From contig OZ024740.1 in the NCBI GenBank assembly GCA_964016885.1, positions 232,376,001 through 232,440,000 on the forward strand: DNA of 64,000 bases, in the 5' to 3' direction. The stretch comes from Eledone cirrhosa. Lineage: Eukaryota. The translations under genes and the position numbers were made by a program. The notes beneath the pieces are model-generated. The model saw only the letters and a list, made by a program, of their open reading frames with translations. It was not told the origin of the DNA and searched no databases. Shown piece by piece: positions 29,090-41,036 of the stretch (positions are counted from its first letter, which is position 1; each line of letters opens with the position of its first letter).

Positions 29090-30328
29090 ACGTGAAAACT
29101 TTATTGAAATTTTTCAACATTTGCCTCGTCTGTATCTCTGCAAATTTCAAATCTATCCTTAGCGTTGCGAAACACATTTTGATGCATTTATGGAGTTATC
29201 TCTTGCACTGTTAATTGGATGCGTTCTTTAAACGCAGCTAAATTATTGATCTTTTAGCGATACAGCTTTGTTTTTATTAGTCAATTCCGGAGAACGCGGA
29301 TGCCAGAGGTCGTGCTCCACCGATTTAGAAAGCGTCTGTTGAGGTATTCTCGAGAGCATAATGTCATGGTTGGAACATTATCAAGAATGCCCTTATTAAG
29401 AAGCCGTGGTTCGAGAAACTGCTGAAGATGAGACCTGTTACACAGGCTTTCTTAAACAAGAAAGGGCTATACATTTTTGAGTTAGTCTTTCCAAGTCATA
29501 CGTTACCTTTTGGAGAGTTTCTTTGCTATTCTATGATTTCAGATGGTTTTCCATTGGACCAAATACGACAAGTGTCAATTGACTTTACCACGCATGTGGA
29601 ATGTCACCTCATCACTGAACAACATGTTATCAAATAAACAAAATTAGAAATTAATACACTTTTAATACATATTTACCATGTATTAACGCATATTAAAATT
29701 GTATGACAACTGATAAAAACAATGCCAATCTCCAACTCACAATCTACAGCCAGCAAATGGCTCAAGTTACGTTTGTATATCTTACTCACAAACTATCATC
29801 AAACAACAATGGAATATGTTGCTGCGCAATATCGAATCGCTCTAGGTTGGGCAGCTTTCAACAAGAACAAGTACTAACATCAAAATGAGTTTCCTATCAT
29901 TTGAAGGCTAAGATCTTTATACTTACATCCTATCAGCTGTGTTATATGGTCTTGACTGTGTTAATTGGACGACAAGGTCACTTCAAAAGCTCTCCACATT
30001 CCAGAACCACATCATGAGACTTATGACTGACAAGCGGCTCAGCGACCGTATCTTGTGGCGTGAGTATGTTATGCCTGGAAGGAAGTTTGGTTGGCAGCCA
30101 AAATGATGGCTTGACAATGTCAACTTATGGATTGGGCTTGATCTTTGCTATTTGAACTCTGCTACTGCTGATTGAACTTTGTGGAGAGAGTTATCAGGTG
30201 TTGATGCGCAGTCTGCAAATGGCGGTGTTTAGCGACAGAAGAAGAAACATGATTAACAGAAATAAAAGTGAGTTTTTAAATAAATGGGCAATTTCTCTAA
30301 AATAGATTGTTAAATCTGGGACACCCTG
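29090..30328 (-). mobile_element. Decayed Tc1/mariner transposon with nested RTE fragment
   Basis: Minus peptides LFDNMLFSDEVTFHMRGKVN, QRNSPK, LNRRFLNRW, WHPRSPELT; terminal gggacaccctg|ta. Confidence 0.8.
29703..30246 (+). mobile_element. RTE-clade LINE 3' fragment
   Basis: FVYL...YRIALGWAAF...HLKAKIF..YILSAVLYGLDCVNWT...FQNHIMRLM...WLDNV; (gaa)n tail. Confidence 0.75.
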
Positions 30329-31195
30329 TATATATTAGAATCTGACGCATAAAAGAATCTACTTTGGGCTCAAACATAGAGCCTAGATCAGCTAGATACA
30401 ACAGTTATATTTTCCACAAATCACACTGACTTAAGAAAGAAAAAAGAAAGTAAGCAAGAAAAAAAAGAATGGATGACTGAAAGAAACACTAGATTAAATA
30501 TTCCTAGACAAATACCTTCGAGCATATCTTTAATAGATCTTGCTTAGATGGCTTAGAATCAGGAAAACACTATTTCTCGTTTAGTTACCACCATTACACA
30601 GCTACAATCACGACCACTACCACTAATATAATTTCTCTATAACACCAACACCAAACCCAACGTACTAATATTTCTGCATCACTACCAACTAGACACTATC
30701 ATTGTTGCCCTCAATCTTGTGTAACACTAATACTAGCACCACTTTAAGTAAATCTACCATATTTTGTCAACAGTGTCGCCAACACTGCCAACAACAACTC
30801 CTGTAAAACTCAGATATAAAGCCTCAGAATCTCTCAATTATCTCATCAGAATCTTTCAATTATCAAATGCAAAATATTTACGATGGCTCTAAGACCCCAA
30901 GATTAACAGTACTGAGATCATCAAAAGTTTCAGTGAATGGAAACACGCAACAGTTTCACTAAGAACTATCATATAGTTCATATACATGGTTTATCTTGAC
31001 TAATAGTTAAATATATATATATATATTTTAACTTTAATTATATCTCATAAAATAATACAACTGGCTTTTCCACATAATACATATTGTTAGCACCCCAAAC
31101 ACTTAAATTGGGTTTATATTAAAATATAACCTAATGTTTGTTGAGTGAGATGGTTACCAGTCAGAGTTTAGCTTTAAACTATCTCTGTTATTGTA

Positions 31196-31226
<31 letters not shown>

Positions 31227-31279
31227 GTAATAATAATAAATTTGAAGACTAAAATCCAAAGAGGGCTATATATATATAT

Positions 31280-31370
31280 AGTCTGTCAAAGTTCTTTCAT
31301 CACACACCTGTGTCATAACAGTACCCCTGATGGTGACACAGGTGTGTGAAGAAGGAACTTTGATAAACTA
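31280..31370. repeat. Short inverted-repeat module with degenerate HHR related to the Penelope pLTR
   Basis: tcaaagttctttcatcacacacctgtgtca / tgacacaggtgtgtgaagaaggaactttga; ccctgatgg in the spacer. Confidence 0.7.
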
Positions 31371-31424
31371 TATATATATAGAGATTTGAAAATATTCTTA
31401 CTTAATATATATATAAGTATATAT

Positions 31425-31460
<36 letters not shown>

Positions 31461-31461
<1 letters not shown>

Positions 31462-32577
31462 CTAGCTAGAAAAATGCGTACAGCAAAAAAAAGTAATATT
31501 GTTGGAACAAACCTTTAAAAATACAGGACAAGGAAGTAAGATAAACCTTTAAAAATACAGGACAAAGAACTAAGATAAAACTTTAAAAGAATAGGACAAG
31601 GAATATAAATTTTTACAATAATATTAGTGGCAAAATTCAATTGGTAAAAAATTGAGTTTCCATCATTACACCAATTACAACTATGATGTTCCGCATGCAT
31701 CCACTCCAACCATGATCACTTGTCTGTCATCTTTCCCGGTCCAACTCCTCGCGGATGACCCGGCGCAACTCGGACTGGGTCGGAGCAGGAACTGGAGGGG
31801 GAGAGGGAGGGGTACGGGTCTTGACTCTGGGACGATGACGGCGAGTGACCAAGGTGAATGGGCCCGTGTTCGACTCGGAATCCTGCTGGTCCTCGATGAC
31901 ACTTTGAGGCACGGTTGACGGTTCCGGACTGGCTTCATGGGCAGTGGTAGAAGGGCAGGTGGATAGGGCAGAGTGCTTCTTCCTGGGAGAGCACTTGAAG
32001 CAGGTGAAGCCGGCGCCGGACTCGTTGAACCACTTCCAGACAGCACTGGGCATGTTGGCGCAGCAATGATGAAAGTTGAAGCAGGCGACGAGGGGGGAGG
32101 AGGTGGAGGCGTTGGTGCAGGAGCAACAGACTGCTGATTTGGGAGTCATTGTAGCTGGGGGATGCAGGCGCTGAGGGGGCTCGAGTAGAAGGGAAGAACA
32201 GAAATGAACCATGATGACTTTTCCTACATTTTTCCTGGCCCACTTCCTCATGAACCAATGAACCAGTTGGTACAACTCGGACTTGGAGGAGGAACACAAG
32301 ACAGGGATCAATTTCATTGTATTGATATTTCTCATTAAGTAATTTCATGTTACTCAAATAAATCACTTTTATTTGATCAATTATCTATTTTTCCAATAAA
32401 ATTTTTGCCACTAATATTATTGTAAAAATTTATATTCCTTGTCCTATTCTTTTAAAGTTTTATCTTAGTTCTTTGTCCTGTATTTTTAAAGGTTTATCTT
32501 ACTTCCTTGTCCTGTATTTTTAAAGGTTTGTTCCAACAATATTACTTTTTTTTGCTGTACGCATTTTTCTAGCTAGT
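31461..32577. repeat. 175-bp inverted repeat (31461-31635 / 32403-32577) built of ~34-bp subrepeats
   Basis: Arms are reverse complements by eye. Confidence 0.95.
31681..32149 (-). pseudogene. PHD-finger / CR1-L2 ORF1-like fragment (cargo of the IR cassette)
   Basis: CCSC...LVAC..FHHCC...FTCFKC, then ELRRVIREELDRER and frameshifted RQVIMVGV. Confidence 0.55.
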
Positions 32578-33039
32578 TTCCTATTTTTCAAGGCAATGCA
32601 AACAACAACTACTTAATTAAATAGTTATTACTTTAGTTACTTCTATCAAAAAATCCCAAAAATGATGTTAATGAAAACTATAGGTGAAAGTGAAGCTATT
32701 CTTTTGTGACCTCTTAGTTACTTGTACCAATTTTGAATTTAATTCAAGCTACAGTGTCAGCCTGTGCATTGGAGTCACAGAAATAAGTTGAGATATTTTA
32801 TCTAATTGGTACAAGCATCCACTCCACATGGCGGGGACATAGGTCAGATCGTGGAGCACTCACCTATCTTAAAAATATTAACTTATGATAAATAAGAGTC
32901 ATTTAAGAAAATACAATTTTTTTAAATTAGTAGGTGAGCATTAACAACTGAATCTAAATGGAGCAAATTTGCACCATTTGCATTTAGTTGAAAATAACAT
33001 TTTAATTAAACATGACAAATTCTAATGCAATAGAAGGCA

Positions 33040-33312
33040 AATATCAATTTTCACATGCAAATTTTTTTGGGATTTTTTTCACGCGCGCCATTTTTGGTCG
33101 ATTTTTTGTCAATTTTTCACATGCAAATTTTTTTGGGTTTTTTTGATTTTTTTTCACGCGCGCCATTTTTGTCGATTTTTTGTCAATTTTTCACATGATA
33201 ATTTTTTTTTGGATTTTTGGATTTTCTTCACGCACGCCATTTTTGTCGATTTTTTGTCAATTTTTCACATGATAATTTTTTTTGGATTTTTGTATTTTCT
33301 TCACGCGCTTTT
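33040..33312. repeat. ~55-60-bp tandem repeat inside the Helitron-like element
   Basis: ttcacgcgcgccatttttgtcgattttttgtcaatttttcacatg repeated 3-4 times. Confidence 0.85.
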
Positions 33313-33890
33313 TGGTATGCATTATTCATATGTTTTGCTTGTTCTGATTGTCTTTTTTCTTTTATTTCAGCAGCTTTCCGTTTTTTATACTCCCTATTCC
33401 TAATGGCATTTTTTCTCCGTTTTTCATTCTCTTTATGAATTTTTTGATCTTTGGGACATTCGGAAGCACTATCAGTCTCATTGAATTCAAATTCAGGTCC
33501 AGGATTTAATTCAACACAACCGATAATAAGCAATGATAAGATCAGTGCACGTGTTCTATATTTCTGATTGGAAATCGGGTAAATTCGTTTATTGGATTTG
33601 TAAAAAGCCGCCTGAATGTGAATTTCATCATTCGAATTGCCCGATTGTGGAATTGTTTCATTCGAAATGGAAATATTGCATTTTCGCGCCAGGCAAAAAA
33701 GTAATAAGCCGATCAAAAAGCCGCGAAACGTATATGGTGACTTTTTTCGAAAGCCGCGAAACGTATGAAGTGACCTTTTGCGATTTTTTTTGCGACCATT
33801 TTGGCGAGACTTTTGCAGGGAAACAAATTTTTCATTTGTAATAGTCAAAATAAATAAGCCGATAAAAAAGCCGAGAGACGTCATTTTCAT
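33228..33890 (-). pseudogene. Relic ORF with 2A-like motif followed by a charged K/E/R-rich segment (possible Helitron ORF N-terminus)
   Basis: ALILSLLIIGCVELNPGP then ENEKRRKNAIRNREYKKRKAAEIKEKRQ; same sense as the element. Confidence 0.55.
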
Positions 33891-34216
33891 ATGTCAAATG
33901 AGCACACTATTCGCACCTATCGCAAATGAGTTCACTACTCGCACCTATCGGTACAAAAAATAGCACAACTATTCACAACTATTAGTACGAATCCAAATGA
34001 TTTTCTGAATTTCTAGTATATCAATCAGCGACTGCTTTGAAAGAGAACAATGCAGTGAGTGATTACTCATTTGAATATAAATAGAAGACAACCTCAACTA
34101 GTTTGCAACGTGTGACCACTTATCGCGAGATAGGAGAACATAATAGCTCCTAATTAGCTCAATGATTAATGTTTACTGCCACATTGTATCAACATTTAAA
34201 ATTCAAATTCAAAAAA

Positions 34217-34775
34217 ATAACCGCAGTCACTGGGGGGGGGGGGTTCAAATAACCACCGCACCCCGAATAACCGCAGTCACTAGGGGGGGTTCGAATAAGA
34301 CCCTCACCCCAAATAACAGCAGTCACTGGGGGAGGGTTCGAATAAGCGCCTCACCCCGAATAATCGCAGTCACTGTGGGGGGGGGTTCGAATAAGCGCCG
34401 CACCCCGAATAACCGCAGTCACTGTGGGGGGGGGGGTTCGAATAAGCGCCTCACCCCGAATAATCGCAGTCACTGGGGGAGGGTTCGAATAAGCGCCGCA
34501 CCCCGAATAACCGCAGTCACTGGGGGGAGGGTTCGAATAAGCGCCGCACCCCGAATAATCGCAGTCACTGGGGGGAGGGTTCGAATAAGCGCCGCACCCC
34601 GAATAACCGCAGTCACTGGGGGGAGGGTTCGAATAAGCGCCGCACCCCGAATAATCGCAGTCACTGGGGGGAGGGTTCGAATAAGCGGGGGGGGGGGGGG
34701 TTCGAATAAGCGTCTCACCCCGAATAATCGCAGTCACTGGGGGAGGGTTCGAATAAGCGCCGCACCCCGAATAAC
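34217..34775. repeat. GC-rich 48-bp tandem minisatellite (~11 units) inside the Helitron-like element
   Basis: ccccgaataaccgcagtcactggggggagggttcgaataagcgccgca units. Confidence 0.95.
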
Positions 34776-35264
34776 CCCTTATCCTCCTCTGACCGGTCCC
34801 AAGAGATGCATCAAATGCACAGAGCGTCACCCTTACTCACTCACTTACTCACTTGAACACAGTTTTTTTCAGCAAACTTTGATCATAACTTTTTTTGTGC
34901 TGAACGAAATTTCGAGATTTTTAGCTTAAGAGATGTGCAATGATTTACTCTCCATGCTCATATAACTTTCATGTGATTTTGATAATCGGAAGACATTCTA
35001 ATAATGCTGTAAAGAGACGATTGCCAACGAAATCACTAAGACAACAATATTACTAAACCGACTACCGTCGGTTTAGGATATATGTATATGTATGTATGTA
35101 TGTGTATATATATATATATGTATGTATGTATGTATGTATATATATATATATATGTATGTATGTATGTATATATATATGTATGTATATATGTATGTATGTA
35201 TATATATGTATGTATGTATATATATATGTATGTATGTATGTATGTATATATATATGTATGTATA

Positions 35265-35521
35265 ACAGAGCGTCACCCTTACTCACTCACTTACTCACTT
35301 GAACACAGTTTTTTTCAGCAAACTTTGATCATAACTTTTTTTGTGCTGAACGAAATTTCGAGATTTTTAGCTTAAGAGATGTGCAATGATTTACTCTCCA
35401 TGCTCATATAACTTTCATGTGATTTTGATAATCGGAAGACATTCTAATAATGCTGTAAAGAGACGATTGCCAACGAAATCACTAAGACAACAATATTACT
35501 AAACCGACTACCGTCGGTTTA

Positions 35522-35524
<3 letters not shown>
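35265..35524 (-). repeat. 260-bp duplicate of the Helitron-like 5' end (34819-35078)
   Basis: Apparently identical sequence, separated by a (TATG/TA)n tract. Confidence 0.92.
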
Positions 35525-35557
<33 letters not shown>

Positions 35558-35562
<5 letters not shown>

Positions 35563-35750
35563 TTTATCGCGGGTTCAACCGGGGGTAACCACAGTAAGTA
35601 AGGTACTCAAAACAAAGCAGAGTATAAATATTTAATATAGAAATGGCTTTTATAAGTCTAGAACTGTTTCATTCGGGAGAAATCAGGTAGCCCTGATGAT
35701 TTCTCCCGAATAAAACAGTTCTAGTCCTGTAGACGCCATTTCTATATTAA

Positions 35751-35752
<2 letters not shown>
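35558..35752. mobile_element. Inverted-then-forward HHR-like module in (TA)n
   Basis: 35628-35686 is the near reverse complement of 35697-35755; CTGATGA t ttc-tccc-gaa t (g/a)AAAC...GTC. Confidence 0.75.
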
Positions 35753-35783
<31 letters not shown>

Positions 35784-35928
35784 CGTGCGCGTGTGTGTGT
35801 GTGTCTTTGTGTGTGTGTGTGTATACAAGTGTATGAATTTAAGTCAACCGCTTGCTTATATCTTTTATCTTAGTGGTTCAACAAATAGAGTTGGATAAAA
35901 TAAATGTTGCGCTTGAAATATAAATATT

Positions 35929-36111
35929 TGTTTCTACTTTTGGCACAAGGCCAGCAACTACCCAGTACATTACTGGTACTTTATTTTATCTACCCCCGTA
36001 AGGATGAAAGGCAAAGTTAACCTCGGCGAGATTTGAACTCACAACATAAAGGGACGCAACTCTATGCTCCAATGCATGGCGTCCGACCCTCTACCGATAC
36101 TGCCAATCCAC
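35929..36111 (-). mobile_element. SINE family 1, full length, 19-bp TSD cgcttgaaatataaatatt
   Basis: TSD at 35910 and 36112. Confidence 0.93.
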
Positions 36112-36719
36112 CGCTTGAAATATAAATATTGACATCCATTTGATCGACTAAAACCCCAATCTTGGGAGGCTGTGCTCTCAACATGTTCTTCAAACTAAGA
36201 ATATAAAATAAAAGAATATATACAGCGACAGATAAAGGAGGAGAAACAGAGATTGAGCGAGTGAGGAGGAATGCACTTAAATTTATTGTGCTCACATAAT
36301 TATGTTAAAAAACTTCGCTTTTCAATATAAATTCATTTTTATATGCTCCTTATTGTTATTGTTGTTTAACACCAAGTTAGCCCTGAATGAGCAAACCTAT
36401 GATGAAAGGCATTCCAGCTGTGATAATTCTGTCATTTTCAAATAAGTAGCACTACATTATATAGAGCGATTGTGGTAGAGGTATGGTTTAAATATTTCTA
36501 GCTGATCAGTACACCAGGTAAATCAGGTGTGTACAATATATTCCATTGGCGGGCCACTTTTGAACATTGGAACAACTATTGCGGCCATTAATATTTATTA
36601 AGCACTATTCCAAAGATTCACCACAACTTCTTTCCATAACACGGACCTGGGAAATTATAATACGACATAACCCTATCAGTGAAACCCTTTAGTATAGGTC
36701 AACTAACAGAACCACCTCC

Positions 36720-36754
36720 ATTACAACTATTACTACTACTACTACTATTACTAT

Positions 36755-36811
<57 letters not shown>

Positions 36812-36912
36812 TACTACTACTACTACTAATACTACTACTACTACTAATACTGCTACTAGTACTACTACTACTACTACTACTACCACCACTACTACGACTA
36901 TTACTACTGCCA

Positions 36913-36997
<85 letters not shown>

Positions 36998-37088
36998 CAC
37001 TACTACCACCACCACCACCACCACCACCACCACCACCACCACCACCACCACCACCACTACTACTTCAACCACTACCACCACCACCACC

Positions 37089-37153
<65 letters not shown>

Positions 37154-37181
37154 CACCACCACCACCACCACCACCACCACC

Positions 37182-37249
<68 letters not shown>

Positions 37250-37292
37250 TACTACGACTATTACCACCACCACCACCACCACCACCACCACC

Positions 37293-37323
<31 letters not shown>
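36720..37323. repeat. Compound (CTA)n/(CCA)n microsatellite
   Basis: Direct observation. Confidence 0.97.
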
Positions 37324-37324
<1 letters not shown>

Positions 37325-37741
37325 ACATTTATAATCAACATTGTTAGTGCCTTTGATGCAACTCTTCCGTAACCGCGAACGATGACAGAGGCAGTGGTAT
37401 TAATCCACGCCTGCGAACTGTTGGTGGTTATTTTAGTAGTTTGCGAGATGTGCTGGGGACGATGTGTGCTCGCTCGTGTATGTGTGTGTGTGTGTGTGTG
37501 GAGATGCATGCATGTGTGAGTGCATCTGTGTGTGTGAATTTGTACAGAATATATGGTGGTATATAAACACTTAAAATCCTTTCTGTACGCTTCAGTTGTT
37601 GTCATGGCGAACAAGGCAAAATGGCGGAGGTAAATTACTTTAACAAACGTCGGCAAATAAACATATGATTAGTAGGCCACAGACAACAGCAGCATTAATA
37701 ATAATAATAATAATAATAGTAATAATAATAATAATAATAAT

Positions 37742-38212
37742 GCTTTCTTTATTAACCACAAGGGTTTACATAAAGTAGACATTAAGGACAGTACAGGACA
37801 ATACAGGACGGTACAAATGGACATGTCTGCGTGTAAAAAACAAGAAACAGAGGATGTAATAATAGTACAATGAAAACATTCCCCAATAGGGAGGAGACTT
37901 CCGAGGGACATTCGTGGAGAAAGCCCATTAAAAAGCCACAGTGACCCTGACCACCAGGGCAAGTGCCCTCTCCCAGTTTTCCACCTTTAATTTACAGACA
38001 CATACTCAGAGTAGGCCCATTCACTCGGGCCATTCTTGCCTCTCTCACCCATCTTTCAACAAAATGCTGGGAAGAGAGCACTTCCCTTTCTACCCTGATT
38101 TTCCTTATCTGTCTGGTGGCCATGGCGAAAGAGATAGTATGGTGGACACGTTTGAAAGGGCTGAAGACGAGCACTTACCTCTTCGGTGATGCCCTGATTA
38201 ACTTTTTCAAAT
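37742..38212 (-). mobile_element. Tx1/L1-like LINE 3' end with a 5' inversion, in (AAT)n
   Basis: Minus: RKIRVEREVLSSQHFVERWVREARMARVNG..., 3' UTR, aataaagaaagc(att)n. Plus 38098-38212: IFLICLVAMAKEIVWWTRLKGLKT...LINFFK. Confidence 0.7.
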
Positions 38213-38218
38213 AATAAT

Positions 38219-38383
38219 GGTTTCTTATATAGACCCCAGTGCGTGACTGGTACTTTATTTTATCGAGCCCATAAGGATGAAAGGCAAAGTTAACCTCAGA
38301 GGGATTTGAGCTCAGATCATAAAGAGCCGTAACTCTATGCTTGCAAAGCATGGCGTCCGACCCTCTACCGATACTGCCAATCC
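38219..38383 (-). mobile_element. SINE family 1 variant with 18-bp TSD actttttcaaataataat
   Basis: TSD at 38201 and 38384. Confidence 0.9.
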
Positions 38384-38454
38384 ACTTTTTCAAATAATAA
38401 TAATAATAATGACAACAACAACAATAATAATAATAACGATAATAATAATATATT

Positions 38455-39690
38455 AGAAAAATATATCACAATAAAAGAATAAGACTTGAGGGTAGTTATA
38501 AGTATCTAGGTATATGTAAGGCAGACGGAAGTAAGCATTCACTGATGTGAGAAAAAATAAATAATAAATGTTATCAAAGAGTTAGGATCATTCTTTAGAG
38601 TAAATTCAATGCCAGAAACAAAATAGAGGTCACTCTAACATAAGCCCAGTCTGTAGCAACATACAGTTTCGACATCATTAACTGGTCACAATCCGAAATT
38701 AGCGAAATTGATGTTAAAATTCGAAACCTAATTATTATGCACCGTATTCATCACCCAAAAGCGGATGTAGATCGCTAGTATCTCACTACGAAAGAAGGCA
38801 GTCGTGAGTTAATACAAGTTCCATTGTCAATCCAGACCGTCACCAGAGGCCTTTTACCGTAATTAGAATGGACAAAGGACTGGATGTTATAACTGTAATT
38901 AAAATATGATAGGTTCAAAAAGCTACAAGCTGTAACAAAGTATGCAAAAAAGCCCTTCCGATGAATGCAATTATTAAGGCCAGAATCCAAAGACACAAAT
39001 GTTTCCTCTGTAGAAATAGCTACACAAATAAAGAACAATCCGAGACAAACCAGCTTGCAGACTGATGGGTAAAATAAACAAAACGTTTGAATGGCAAATA
39101 CACCAAGCGAACCAGTAATACTGATTAGACCAAATCATTTACAGCCAGTAGCTTGCAAGCTCTGATCTTCAGCCAGAAAGTGATGGGTATATTATTTCTG
39201 TTCAAGATCAGTGCCCATAATCCCCCAGCATGTCGAATGCTTATTTGTTATGCTTAGCTATTTCAATGTCACGCTTTAAAAAAATTAACTGACTCATTTT
39301 GTCGTATATGTCAGGAAAGGTCAGAGACAATAGATCACATTATCTCTGATAGGGCCTGATAGACCAGGTCAGTATATACGCTGGGTGATATGCCGTACAT
39401 TCTATCACCTTGATAAAGAGATTTGGTGGGAGCATAAACCAACACTAGTCTCAATATTCTGGATTTTCAATATGGAAACAGAGAGGAAAATCCAAGCTGA
39501 TCGGCTAGATATTGTCGTAAAAAATATTGTTGATAAACTTGGCTTCGAGTACGCTCTAGCCAATAAAACAACTCCCAAAAATCATTTGAGAATCTCAATA
39601 AATAAAATGACCTTGAAATGGAAATTGGTAGAATGAGGCATCTCAAAACAGTTATATTACAGGGTACTAAGAATGATATAGGAGGATGGA
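38455..39690 (+). mobile_element. Decayed R4/Dong-like RLE-type LINE (RT thumb, CCHC, restriction-like endonuclease)
   Basis: YKYLGI...YQRVRIIL.SKFNARNKIE...TYSFDIINW...HHPKADVDR.YL..KEG; CRIC...ETIDHIIS; ERKIQADRLDIVV. Confidence 0.8.
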
Positions 39691-39698
39691 AACGATTA

Positions 39699-40283
39699 TC
39701 GATATATTACTAAAAGTCTACATAATGCGAAAATACTTTGAAAGGAAGTTGCCCTGAAATGGCAATACAAATGGAATAAAACAAGTTTCGAGTAAATCGG
39801 ACCTCGGGTTCCCGAGATATGCGGGTTTTCTTGGTACCTTCATAAACAAAGAGAGAGAAGGATAAAGAGAATATATAGTGGTTGTGAGAGAGTAGATTGA
39901 AAGAGAGACATAGAGAGAGGAGAGGAGAAAGAGAAGGAGAATGGCGGAGAGAGAGAGAGCTGGTGGAGGTGTTGTGTATATATGTATGTGAATGTGTGTG
40001 TATATGTATGTGTGTGTATATGTGTATGTGTCTATGACCAGTGTATATAGATCGCAGACACCCATATTTATATATATATATACACACACGTGTAATATAT
40101 ATACACACACATATAAATATGTATACAAACACACATTTATATATATATACACACACGTATATATATGGGCCTTCCGGTTTCATTTCACATTATATACATG
40201 TCTGTGTATATTTTAGTTATTTAAAAATTATTTTTAAGTGAACATAATTTTCAAAAAATATTTTTAAGTGAACGTGACCTAAC
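39699..40283 (+). mobile_element. Non-autonomous Helitron, 3'-truncated (same family as 44435-45055)
   Basis: Starts A|TC; reverse complement of 44450-45055; 3' hairpin incomplete. Confidence 0.7.
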
Positions 40284-40304
40284 ATATTGTATTTTATATA
40301 TATA

Positions 40305-40785
40305 CAATATGTTGAAAAGGTAACACACTAGAGAGAGATAGTGCGCCATCAATAAAACAGGGGAAAACCACCAGTGTATGGAATCTATAACCTATGACAG
40401 GCAGGGTAGACACACTATAATTAAAAATATAAATTAAAATGTATATACGCACCTCTATAACTATATAACACACGCATACAAATCCAAAGAGATATGTTTC
40501 GCCAGGAAGTTGTTGACTGAAATGGAATAGCCTATGGTTCATCAGCGCGTGCTAGACTATACATTCCAGACAACTCTAAGAGGATCTAAATCGACCGTCC
40601 AGCTGCACGCGGCAGAGAGATGTTACAGCGTGTTTAGGGGGGTGAACCAGTGGTGTCTGAGGGACGAGCTGCTAGAAAGGGCAGCCCAAAAAACACTCAA
40701 AGAAGTGTGCTCAACCAAACAGAGAGAAAGGAAAGACTGTTATAAGGAGTGAAATATCACGATAAATTAACGGACCCATAGACTC
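40305..40785 (-). mobile_element. Diverged member of the ~530-bp HHR-core family; core at 40491-40545
   Basis: Minus CTGATGA a cca...tgg c GAAAC at atc; shared blocks aaccaccag, cgcggcag, agctgctaga..ggcagcc, gtgctcaac with 58340-58770. Confidence 0.65.
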
Positions 40786-40790
40786 TCATT

Positions 40791-40980
40791 CGGTGAATTG
40801 GCAGTATCGGTAGAGGGTTGGATGCCATGCTTTGATGCATAGAGTTACGGCCCTTGCCATTCTGAGTTCAAATCCCACCGAGGTTAACTTTGCCTTTCAT
40901 CCTTACGGGGTCGATAAAATAAAGTACCAGTAATGCACTGGGTAATTGCTGGCCTTGTGCCAAAAGTAGAAACAATTATT
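40791..40980 (+). mobile_element. SINE family 1
   Basis: Full head, core and tail. Confidence 0.92.
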
Positions 40981-40984
40981 TATT

Positions 40985-41036
<52 letters not shown>

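Larger units (their letters stand above)
31462..35078 (-). mobile_element. Helitron-like element copy 1 (3.6 kb) with 5' hairpin and 3' inverted-repeat cassette
   Basis: Minus strand A|TCctaaaccgac-ggta-gtcggtttag ... ttttctagCTAG|T; collinear with 47282-49249; no TSD, inserted in (TA)n. Confidence 0.75.

Noticed and set aside
34162-34929. 255-aa repetitive ORF, or a CRISPR-like array
   Set aside because: 48-bp tandem minisatellite without unique spacers; eukaryotic context with no cas genes
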